Assembly (NCBI GenBank): GCA_951406725.2
Contig: OX597820.1
Coordinates: 34,348,001-34,412,000, forward strand
Length of the DNA: 64,000 nucleotides
Source of the DNA: Octopus vulgaris
Lineage: Eukaryota
Direction of reading: 5' to 3'
Shown: positions 53,059 to 64,000 of the stretch, piece by piece
Layout: each line of letters begins with the position of its first letter
Numbering within the stretch: the first letter of the stretch is position 1
Position numbers and translations under genes: made by a program
The notes under the pieces: model-generated
What the model was told of the DNA's origin: nothing
What the model saw: the letters and a program-made list of their open reading frames with translations, nothing else
Database searches by the model: none

Positions 53059-54729
53059 ACACACACATATATATATATATATGTATATATGAGAGGCTAT
53101 ATATGTACATGTATGTATATGTGTGTGTTTGTGTCTCCACTCTGCATAGTGGTTGGTGTTAGGAAGGGCATCCAGCTGTAAAAGAACATGCCAAAACAGA
53201 CGCAGAAGTCTGGTGCAGTCTTCTGCCTGGCCAGTTCCTGGAAAATCATCGAACCATTCCAGTATGGAAGAAGGAAGTTAGATGATGATGATGATGATGA
53301 TGATGGTGACGGTGATGAAATCAATTGTATCCATTCAAAAGCAATATTATATACCAATCTATCTTTTTTTGAGGAATGTCATGTTTGAAGCTATTTTTTG
53401 TGGAGATATGTCAAGTTTATTGAAGCTGCGTGACTTGCAGAAAATACCAATTCTGTTATTTGTTTTTTGTAGATATTTAACATTCTTACTGGAATAACCT
53501 TGAAATTTAATTTCACATTGAAAGGGTTAAGGGTATTCTGACAATTACCATGTTTGTGGAATGAACCTGCAGAAGTTGGGGAAGATGTGAGAAATGGTCA
53601 ATGTTGGTCTGAGTTGGGGGTGCTCAGCTTTTATATGGATGGTGCTTGTGGGTCGTATCAGTGGTGAAAGGTTATGCTGGAGGAAACCCACCAAACACAT
53701 GCAATTATAGTAGGATTTGAACTGAAAATGTTAAGGTATTATCATCATCATCATCATCATCATGATACAATTCGTCATCAGATATACAGTGATGACACAA
53801 TTTCATACCAATCTTCTAATTATTGAGATAGCTGCTAATAAAATATCGACATAATTATTGGGATATGTGACACATTTGTCACTGTCAGACAAGAGAAGTA
53901 TTAGTAATTTTAACTGTTTCCATCATCGTCTCATATATCCAGTTTTCATGTTGGCAATGGGTTGGACGGTCCAACAGGATCCAATGAGTTGGAGCACTGC
54001 ATTGAGTTCCTTTCCTACATGGCACCAGGCCAGCAAGTTTGAGGGAGGGGTAAGTTGATTACATCAAACCCCCCTCCCCCTCCAGTGCTCATCTGGTACC
54101 TATTTTATCAGACCTGAAAGGATGAAAGGCAAAGACGACCTCAGCAGAATTTGAACTCATAATATATACACAGACAAAATGCCACTCAGCATTCTGCCCA
54201 GTGTGCTAACGATTCTGCCAACTCACTTCCTTGGATACCTGAAATAATGGTTTTAAACTTTGGCACAAGGCCAGCAATTTCGGGGGAGCGGGTAAGTCAT
54301 TTACATCGACCCCAGTGCTCAACTGCTACTTACTTTATCGACCCTTAAAAGATGAAAGGCAAAGCCAACCTCATGGAATTTGAAGTCAGAATGTAGAGAC
54401 AAGCAAAATGGCTCTAAGTATTTTGCCCTCCATACTTCTTCCAGCTCATCACCTTGGATACCCTTAATAATGCCAACCACCTTACAGAGTGTACTGGGTG
54501 CTCTTTTGTTTTGATTTTTGTTTTCCATGGTATTGGCACAAATGAGGAGTTTATATTATACTTATGTTACTCTTCTGGCTTAGTCCTTCTGCCTTTTTGA
54601 CGTTAGAAATGATAAAAACCACATGGGTTAAGAATTAGAAATAAAAAGGAATCACTACAAAATTATATAAACATGAAATATTAAGGAAAGTTTAATACTT
54701 CTATTTATTCATATATATATATATATACA

Positions 54730-55030
54730 CGTAAAAGCACCGTTCGAGCATGGCAGTTACTAGTGTCGCCTGACTGGCGTCCGTGTCGATGACACACAAA
54801 AGCACCAACCAATCATGGCCATTTGTCAGCCTGCGCTGGCTCCTGTGCCAGTGGCATGTAAAAAAACACCCACTACACTCACGGAGTGGTTGGCATTAGG
54901 AAGGGAATCCAGCTGTAGAAACACTGCCAAATCAGACTGGGCCTGGTGCAGCCTCCATGGCTTACCAGACCCCAGTCGAACTGTCCAACCCATGCTAGCA
55001 TGGAGAACAGACATTAAATAATGATGATGA
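54730..55030 (+). mobile_element. Family D / RTE-like 3' UTR fragment with internal cacgtaaaagcacc repeats and (GAT)n tail
   Basis: Three aaaagcacc-type units, then gtggttggcattaggaaggg...acccatgctagcatgg...atgatgatga. Confidence 0.65.
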
Positions 55031-55034
55031 TATA

Positions 55035-55422
55035 TTTATATATAAGCTGAAGTTGTCTGTGTGTGGCAGGTTTGGTAGCCTTCAACTAACACTATCTCCT
55101 CTGAGACCCTGCGGCACAAGTTGACCAAAATTGAGAGTATGATAGAAGAAGGCTTGCTCTTCATTCTATAGAAGATAAAATTCAAATCGGATGATGTTAA
55201 GACCTATAATTATTTACATCAAGAAGGTGCTTTTTTTCTATGAAAATCCCTATTTTTTTACAATTTTTTGACTGCTGTGTTGCCATTTTTTTGGTGTATT
55301 TCAACCAGAAAAATATTCACTTAAAGAGAATAACAAGCTACATAATGCAAAATTTTTCCTTTTCAAAAATTCCAATTCTAAAGGGTCGAAACAAACCCGA
55401 GCAATGCCGGGCGATACTGCTA

Positions 55423-55423
<1 letters not shown>
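55035..55423 (+). mobile_element. Non-autonomous Helitron
   Basis: Ends acaaacccgagcaatgccgggcgatactgCTAG-t, nearly identical to the 3' end of the 13567 element. Confidence 0.75.
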
Positions 55424-55472
<49 letters not shown>

Positions 55473-55631
55473 TCATCATCATCATCGTTTAGCATCTGCT
55501 TTCCATGCTAGCATGGGTTGGACGGTTCAACTGGGGTCTGTGAAGCCAGAAGGCTGCATCAGGCCCAGTCTGATCTGGCAATGTTTCTACGGCTGGATGC
55601 CCTTCCTAACGCCAACCACTCCGTGAGTGTA

Positions 55632-55690
<59 letters not shown>

Positions 55691-56721
55691 GGATATGATG
55701 TAGAATTAGTTTGACATTAATTATCATTTTATATTATGAAGTGTATGCAGAATTGGGTGGAGGCTGTTGTGAAGATAGAGAGAGAGAGAGAGAAGTGCGG
55801 GGGGGGGGGTCTATTTTATACCACTTTTCTTTCTCTGTTACACTATCTTCTCACCCACCCCTTCTATCTTCCTCTTCTTCCTCCTCTTCCTCTTTCTTCT
55901 CGTGTTTCTCCTCCTCTTCCTCTGTTGTCTGTCTAGAGGCGATAAAAGAATGGATCATGTCTGCTGATGACAACCAATGAAACTAAAAGTTTTCTTTAAA
56001 AAAAAAAAGCCTAACCAAACCAAATGATTAAACTAAAGGAATAAACACATACACACACACACATGAACACATACAAACACACACATATATATATATATAT
56101 ATATATGAACACACGCAGACACAAAATTCATAAACTTACACATAAATGAACACGAACATATACAAATTCACATGTACCTCAAACGCCCCCACATACACAC
56201 GCATGCATACAGATATACACCACAAACCAACACACACACACACACACACACAGACATACAAATAGATAGATAAACAGACAGACTGATAGATATATATGAA
56301 CACACACACACACACAATCACACACACACTTATATACATGGACATGCAGATACATAAACACACACACACACACAAACTGCATACACAAACATACCTACAT
56401 ATACAAACACAAAACACACACACACACATAAAACAAGTAGTGGTTGTAGTGTAGGTAGAAGTTGTACTGGTGTTTTAGTAGTTGCGGGTGTAGTATTGGT
56501 AGTTGTAGTGTTCTGGTGATGCTGTGTTATTATAGTGTGGGTAGTAGTGGATGGTTACAGTGTAGTGTAGTGCTGGTAGTAGTGCTAAGTGGTTGTGGTT
56601 GTAGCGTGATAGTGGCGGTGGTAGTGAATCTTCATTGTTGTAGTAGTTATTGCTGTTTAACCCTATAATCAAAAGCAATCCAGTCATGACCACTCTGTCT
56701 TTTACAAAACTGCAAACAAAT

Positions 56722-57482
56722 AGGCAGAGGTGTGGCTATGTGGTAAGAAGATTGCTTCTGAACCACATGGTTCCAGGTTCAGTCCCATTGGATGGCACTT
56801 TGGGCCGACCAAAGCCTTGTGTGTGGATTTTGTAGATGCAACCTGAAAGAAACCCATTGTATATGTGTGTATCTTCTTTACTCTCTTTTACTCTTTTACT
56901 TGTTTCTGTCATCAACCCCAGGACTTATTCTTTGTAAGCCTAGTATTTATTCTATTGGTCTCTTTTGCTGAACTGCTAAGATATGGGGACTTAAACACAC
57001 CACCATTGGTTGTCAAGCGATGTTGGAGGGACAAACACAGATACACAAAACACACACACACACATATATGTATACATATATACAACGGGCTTCTTTCAGT
57101 TTCCATCTACCAAATCCACTCGCAAAGCTTTGGTTGTCCCGAAGCTATATTAGAAGACACTTGCCCAAAGTGCCATGCAGTGGGACTGAACCCAGAACCA
57201 TGTGGTTGGTAAGCAAGCCACTTACCACATAGCCACTATATATTGTATATATGTATGTGTGTGTGTCTTTGTGTCTATGTTTGTTCCCCCCCCCCATCAC
57301 TGCTTGACAACCGGTATTGGTATGTTTACATCCCCGTAACTTAGCAGTTTGGCAGAAGTGACTGATAGAATAAGTACGAGTCTTGAGAAATAAGTCCTGG
57401 TGTTGATATGTTCTACTAAAACCATTCAAAGTGGTGCTCCAGCATGGACGCTGTCAAATGACTGAAACAAGTAAAAATAAAA
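56722..57482 (+). mobile_element. Family A SINE with an opposite-orientation family A copy (56875-57237) inside it
   Basis: Plus-strand head, then a full minus-strand copy, then the plus-strand tail. Confidence 0.8.
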
Positions 57483-59473
57483 AAAGTATGAAGAGCACAG
57501 CATCACATTATCCAATATACCCCACCACTTTCTTTTTCTTTTGATGATAGGTGAATGTGATTTAAGGGAGATTTGACTGCTATTTCTAGCAGATCCCATG
57601 ACCTTATAGAAACTTGGTGTAGTGTAAGCAAAGATGCTTGTTGTTGTTTAGCCCCGTGCCAGACTTATTGATCAAAGGCATCCTAGTTGTGGTAATCCTG
57701 TCTTTTGTGCGTGTATGTGTGTGTATGGGTTTTTCTTTAGGCACAATATATCCAGGACTACATTATCCAGTGTGTTTTCCTCTTTTAAGCTAGTAGGTTA
57801 TCGCATGAGGGATAGTTATCTGCTAGTTCTAGCATTGTAGTAGCTTCTTCATTGGCAAGTGTTGGTTAATAGTAGTGATGGTTTTAAATTGTGTTGTGGT
57901 TCTGGTGATAGTGTGGTGGTGGTGGTGGTGGTGGTGGCAGTGGTTTGTAAGCATGGTGACAGTGTAGTGGGAGGGTGGTGGTGGTTGGACAGGTAGTGGA
58001 GGTTGGATGTTGTATTGATTGGTTGGGGTGGATGTTGGGAGAGGGGTAGTGGTGATAAACAGGAAACTGTTTCTTTTATACATGTGTGTGTGTATATATA
58101 TGAGTGTACATATATGTGTGTGCGTTTGTATTTGTGTATATGCATGTGTATTTATGTATCTATGTATGTGTATTTGTGTGAGTGTGTGTGTGACTATATA
58201 CATGACTATATGTATGTTTCTGAAGATATGTGTGTGTGTATGTGTGCATGCATGTATACATGTTTATATATATGTGTGTGTATTAAAGCAAGTTGTTTAT
58301 ATATATATATAAATATATTTAGAAATGTATTTTAAACACAAATATTAATTCATCGGGTATTCAAAATACAAACATCATCATCATCAACAACAACTACAAC
58401 AACCTCAGCAACAATAAGAACAACATCAGCATATCTGTGAAAACGGAAGCTATTCATATAGAACTGTTTGTTAAATTCCTGTGTATGGTTTCAATATAAA
58501 TTGATGGAGAAGCACAGGTATAAATGTGTGTGTGTGTGTGTGTATGTGTGCGTGTGTGCATGCGTGTGTAATTGTAGAATATTGATTGTTTTTCTTTTTG
58601 ACATTTTTGTATAAATATTTATAGCTTGTTTATATTTAAATAATTATTTTACTCCAACCCCTCCCCCTTACACTTCCGCCCTCCATCTGTTGGCTATCAT
58701 AAAGAGATATTTCTGATTTCAATTTTACATTTTATTTTTCTGATTATACACACATATGTACATACATGCATTCATCAATCCATCTGTACACATTCATGCA
58801 CACACACACACATACATGCAGAATATAAATTGTATGTTTAAATATACATCCCACACCTAAATTGTATGTACAAATACACACACATACACAAATTTGTATG
58901 TATGAACACACATACATACATAAAAACTTACACACATATGAATTTATACACACACACACACACACATTCATTCATATGTATATGTGTGTGGATTATTGAA
59001 AACTGTAACTCCAGAAAATGTTATTCCAAGTTTATTGTTTCCACTCTTTGGATGATTACGGAGAATAGAACATAAATGTGTTTCATGTGTAATAGGCATA
59101 CAATAGAGATTTTTGAATACAACTAGTGTTGATTGATTAAAATGAAACATGTCAGTTTGTGTAAGTTAAATATTATTATGAAAAACTATGAAAAAAATTT
59201 TTAAATGTGTGTGTGAATGTAAAAAATATAAAAATAGAAATTGCAATTATATTAGCTTTTCATTAAAGCATATTTTCATAGCAAATATGGAAAAACTTAT
59301 TCTAAAATAAACCACTTGACTTTAAACCCTGTGCAAATGTACTTGGAAGGGCTTGTTATAAACTTGTTTCGTAAAATTTTTATATCAGTGACTATTTTCA
59401 TAAAAACAGGCCTTGAAAGAATTTTTGTTCAATTCAATATAGGCTTTAGCAGTTGTTATTTTCTAATTATACC

Positions 59474-59701
59474 TTAACCCTTTCGTTGCTGTATTTATTT
59501 TGAGATGCTCTGTGTTTCTTTCAATTACTTTAAATGTAACAAAGAATTTAATAGAATAACTTAGTTATCATTCAGCTTGTGTTAGGAACATAAATTGTGA
59601 CAAAGGTTTGATGGAAGATTTTAATTCACAACTTATGAAAACAACGCATTTGTACTCAGAGCCAGAGCCGGTTTCAGCCGGGTTGGTAATGAAAGGGTTA
59701 A
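59474..59701 (+). mobile_element. Complete piggyBac-type MITE, family 1
   Basis: TTAAccctttcgttgc ... gtaatgaaagggTTAA: TTAA at both ends and CCC/GGG termini. Confidence 0.85.
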
Positions 59702-60641
59702 TACAGTATACTAAGCCATTCATGGGACAGTTACCATCAAGTGGGCAATTATTTGGAGCAATGATATTACAGTTAAGGGAATATATTACAGTATTATTGT
59801 TATTTGAAAGGGTTTTAGATTTGATATGAGCTTCCATACTTCTACAGCAAGAATTGCTTACCCTAATTGGGTTTCATTTGAAAAACTTTTGATATCTATG
59901 ATTCACAGGGAAATGAAATAAATTTTTGGAAATATGAATTCATATATTTAAGCTATAAGTTTGATTATACCATAGAATATTTCTTCGTTGGTTATTATAC
60001 TTAGGAACATTAAATCAGGATGTGCATTGTATATTATATGTAAACTACACTTGTGAAAACTATAATTATAATAATGAAAAGCACTAATAATTGTAGCTTC
60101 ATCTGAGATTATGGTAATCTTTGTTTGAGATTAAATTTTATTGATAGATAGTTGATTGGATATCTTATATGAAATAATTTTTCATTTGGGCAAAATTAAT
60201 TCATCTCTGAATTTAAAATAACATTAAAAAAATTAATCGCTCTAAGATTAGTGTCAACTGTAATTCATAATCCTATTTCACTAAATAATTTTATGAAGTT
60301 TTTATTCTAAATCTGTTTAATCCATAACCATTCATATTATACAAGACTATAAGCTTTCATCTCTGGGTAAACCTCATTTCAAGGTAGAAAGTCTTTCAGG
60401 CAGAAGGTCAAAAATATAGATTCCTATAATTTTGTATTATTCATTTTTTTTTTTTTTTTTGCTAGGATGCATAACTGAAAAATCAAAGGATTTTCCTGGT
60501 ATACATAGCATCAAACTGAGTGAATTTAGTATATGCTTCTTCATTATATCTAATTCATTTTAATAAGATTGATTAACCTATATTTAGGGTGAATAGTGAA
60601 AGTAAGTTTGTGATCTTTAAAAGTAATGTATGATATATGTT

Positions 60642-61070
60642 CCGCTATGCTCAAAATGCAAGGAAGGAGTAGATAAAAACTCCATATGGTGGACTCAGTA
60701 TGATTATGGGTGCATGAGGTGTACTGGGATCAAAAGCAGGCTGACTGTGAATACAGACTTTTTATGTGGCTGATGTGCAGGAGTAGTTAGCAGTCAGAAC
60801 AATAAGGTAAATTTTGTTCAGTGCTTGGATGGTTTCTTGAGTATACTTAACAGCTTCTAATACCTAGGTAATGTAAACAACTGCAGATGAAGATGTTCTG
60901 AGAACATAGTATCAAGAATAAGAACAAGGTGGAAAAAATTCAGTGAGCTTATAACCTTTGTTTTATCAGCAAGGGGACCCTTTCTTTGTGCAAAGGGTAA
61001 ATTATATGTTGCTAGTGTACAGACTGTGATGGTGCATAGTAGTGGAACATGGGTATTGAATACAAAAAAA
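60642..61070 (+). pseudogene. Decayed RTE-clade LINE ORF2 fragment (Cys-rich insert and RT thumb region)
   Basis: One frame with stops: PLCSKCKEGVDKNSIWWTQ..RCTGIKSRL..FLCG*C..NSF*YLGN..CSENIVSRIRTRWKKFSEL..KGKLYVASVQTVMVHSSGTW (cf. RTE motif KGRLYxACVRxxMLHGSETW). Confidence 0.8.
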
Positions 61071-61765
61071 CGCATTGTTGCAGGCATAGCTGTGTGGTTA
61101 AAAAGCTCGCTTTGCAACCACATGGTTTCAGGTTCAGTCCCATTGCACAGCACCTTCGACAAGTGCCTTCCACTTTTGCCCCAGGTGACCAATGCTTTGT
61201 GAGTGAATTTGGTCGGTGGAAACTATGTAGAAGCCTGTCATAGAGAGAACAAACAAGGACAGACAAAAGGATTAAGTCGATTACATTGACCCCAGCGCGT
61301 AACTGGTACTTAATTCATCAACCCCGAAAGGATGAAAAGCAAAGTCAACCTCGGTGGAATTTGAACTCAGAATGTAACGGCAGACGAAATACCACTAGAA
61401 TGTAATGGCAGATGAAATATCACTAAGCATTTCAACTAGCATGCAAATGTTTCTGCCAGCTTGCCACCTTGGTTTGATAGGATCCGAAGAGCTGTAGGAT
61501 TGCGTCAAACTCCACTGCCAGTTTTGGCATAGTTTCTATGGCTGGATGCCCTTCCTAATTCTAACCACTTTACTGTGTGTATTAGGTATTTTTTTTTTTT
61601 TTCCATTTATTCAATTTCTGTCTATTCGGTTTCATTCGGTAAATGACCCTGGCACAAGATGCCAACATAGCAAAATTGAAACTGAGACCTCAAGATTGTA
61701 AAGTAAACTTCTTAACCATCTGACAACACTGTACCTCATGGCTATAAAATGTTTGTAATCTGGGG

Positions 61766-61824
<59 letters not shown>

Positions 61825-61825
61825 C

Positions 61826-61994
61826 GGGAAGCTTTATGAAAATAAACAAAAGACGAAGGCAGGTGGAATACAAACAAACAATTGTATTAGTATGGTGCTC
61901 AGGAATATAAATAAAACAAGTCTTTTACGTTTCGAGCCTACGCTCTTCAACAGAAAGATACACAGAAAAGAAACACAGAAAGAAACAAGGAGAG

Positions 61995-62000
<6 letters not shown>
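61826..62000 (-). mobile_element. Penelope-like short repeat with a minimal hammerhead motif at 61921-61958
   Basis: Minus strand reads TCTTT-CTGTTGA-A-GAGC-GTAG-GCTC-GAAA-CGTA-AAAGA; flanked by (TA)n on both sides. Confidence 0.6.
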
Positions 62001-62025
<25 letters not shown>

Positions 62026-63084
62026 CATTTATATACACCGTTAGCAACAGAATGTCTCTTTGCTAACGATAGCTGCAATAATTAGCGGATTAAAATACAT
62101 TAAAATATTGCCAGGAATATCTTTGCACGTGTGCACACACACACACATGATGTATAATGCATTTTTTATTTTTACCAGATATCGATATCTATATTATTTA
62201 GTAGTAGTAGTAGTAGTAGTGTGAACTATCTTAAAATATTGACCGCTTATATATATGTCTAGAGAATTATGTTCACACACACATAGTTACATAGCAACTC
62301 AGTTTCCTTCCGATATTTCTGGTTTCAATGGTTAGAAACACAAAATACATTCCAGTACTGACCACATATTCTTTTATTCTTTTACTTGTTCCAGTCATTT
62401 GATCATGCTCCTGCTGGGGCATTGCTTTCTAGGATTTATTCAGTCAAATTGACCCCCGTGTTTCTTCTTAAGTCAGGTACTTATTCTCTTCGTTTCTTTT
62501 CGCTGAACTGCTCACTAAGTGGGGGAGGTGACGTAAACAAACCAACACCAGTTGTGATGTGGTGAGACACGTATACACATGTACATGAGTGCAGGCATGG
62601 TTGTGTGGTCAAGGAGTTTGCTTCCTAATCACAAGGTTTCTGGTTTAGTCCCACTGTGCAGCACCTTGTTCTGTGAGTGGATTTACTTGATGGAAACTGA
62701 AAGAAACCCATTGTGTGTGTGCATATGTGTGTGTGTGTGTGTGTGTGTGTGTACATGGCACTCTCTCAGTTATGATGATGCTGGTTCCAGTTGATCTGAT
62801 CTCTGCTGCCTAAAAGAAAGGAAATGTATTTAGCACTAGATATTATGTCTGAATAAAGGAAAGGGTGGTTATAGCAGGAATGTCTTTGAGCATAGATCTA
62901 TTTGATAAGGGATGACCCAAGGCTAAACAGCAATTCTATGTGTGTGTTTGTATGTATGCCTCTCATCATCATCGTTTAACGTCCGCTTTCCATGCTAGCA
63001 TGGATTGGATGGTTCAACTGGGGTCTGGGAAGCCAGAAGGCTGCACCAGGCCATAAATGAATAAGAATGAATATGGGTGATATA

Positions 63085-63350
63085 GTGAAGGCATGGCCTA
63101 GTGGTTAGACTGTTGCACTCATGATTGCTAGATCACGGGTTTGAATCCCAGACCAGGCAGTGCATTATGTGCTTGTGCAAAACACTTCATTTCATGTTGC
63201 TCCAGTCCTCCTTTGGATCAGTGGGGAATGTTGGCCTGCTCGCCTAGCCAGCAGGGTGGCATAATTTGAAGGCTAAAACAATGCAAAGCACATTGCGACC
63301 AGTGACATAAAACAACACTTGATGGTCTGGTCAGTCATATGATTACGTGG
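63085..63350 (+). mobile_element. SINE family B head with a fourth tail type
   Basis: tggcctagtggttag...gtttgaatccc...gcaaaacacttcatttcatgttgctccagtcc followed by a tail unlike tails 1-3. Confidence 0.6.
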
Positions 63351-64000
63351 GTGATATAAATATATAGATGAGTGTTGGTCTCTATACTCACAACACGTGT
63401 TTTGAGAAAGAAAATAAATACCCTCTATAGTCATCACCAGTGCTTTATGTCTGCTGTTCCATGCTGAGATGGGCTGGATGCGGTAGTGTAAGAGAGGGTA
63501 TCTCAGGCAGCACTTTTATGAAAGCTTGTTTGCTGTATAAGCTTCTATCTGCTTCATGGGCCAGGTGGAGGAGTTAAATTCATGGGCTACCCCATTACCA
63601 CCACCTCCATAACCCAGGTGGCATGCCCTCCAACTATACCATCAGCTGGACAGTTTCCTGAGGCAGTGTTTCTTTATCTTTATAAAAGCTGGATGCCCCT
63701 CCTGTTGCCAATTCCATTATTCATCTCTTAAAATACACATGGACACAGTGTACTTAATTCTAAAATGCTGTGCTAGAAGTAGCAGCCAAACCTCCCTTAA
63801 ACCATACTCTACTAGCTTAATCTTTTATCATTCAACCCAGCCATGTCAAGCCAAAATATTCTACATTTTATGTTCAAACCAGCCAGATACAGCCTTTCAT
63901 ACTTAATCTACAATGTCCTTCTAAAAATAAGCAATCACATCATATAAGATTTGATTATCATACAAGATAATCCAAGTTTAACTCAAAACAATGTAAGTCT

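Overview
This is AT-rich eukaryotic non-coding DNA, saturated with microsatellites ((TA)n, (TG)n, (CAT)n, (TTA)n, (TTC)53) and short interspersed repeats. The repeat repertoire looks to me like an octopus (coleoid cephalopod) intron or intergenic region; that is inferred from remembered repeat families, not from a search. I cannot support any host protein-coding exon, and almost every ORF in the track is a translation of simple repeats or SINEs. The protein-like signals are three decayed LINE ORF2 fragments: CR1/L2/Jockey-like RT at about 29.4-30.5 kb, an RTE C-terminus with three C2H2-like fingers at 46.6-47.2 kb, and an RTE Cys-rich/RT-thumb segment at 60.6-61.1 kb. Other elements include several tRNA-headed SINE families with swappable 3' tails, two non-autonomous Helitrons, and mariner-, hAT- and piggyBac-type MITEs, often nested. 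The most notable signal is a set of type I hammerhead-ribozyme motifs with palindromic stem III: a complete one at 27832-27926 and variants at 11367, 19232, 45475, 61921, 4790 and 3816. Two of them lie in members of a set of about eight long fold-back (inverted-repeat) inserts, a pattern typical of Penelope-like retroelement remnants. A 19-bp double-palindrome minisatellite with higher-order structure appears to have arisen at a TTAA junction of a tandem MITE array (43.5-44.6 kb). Repeat boundaries were read by eye and may be off by some bases.
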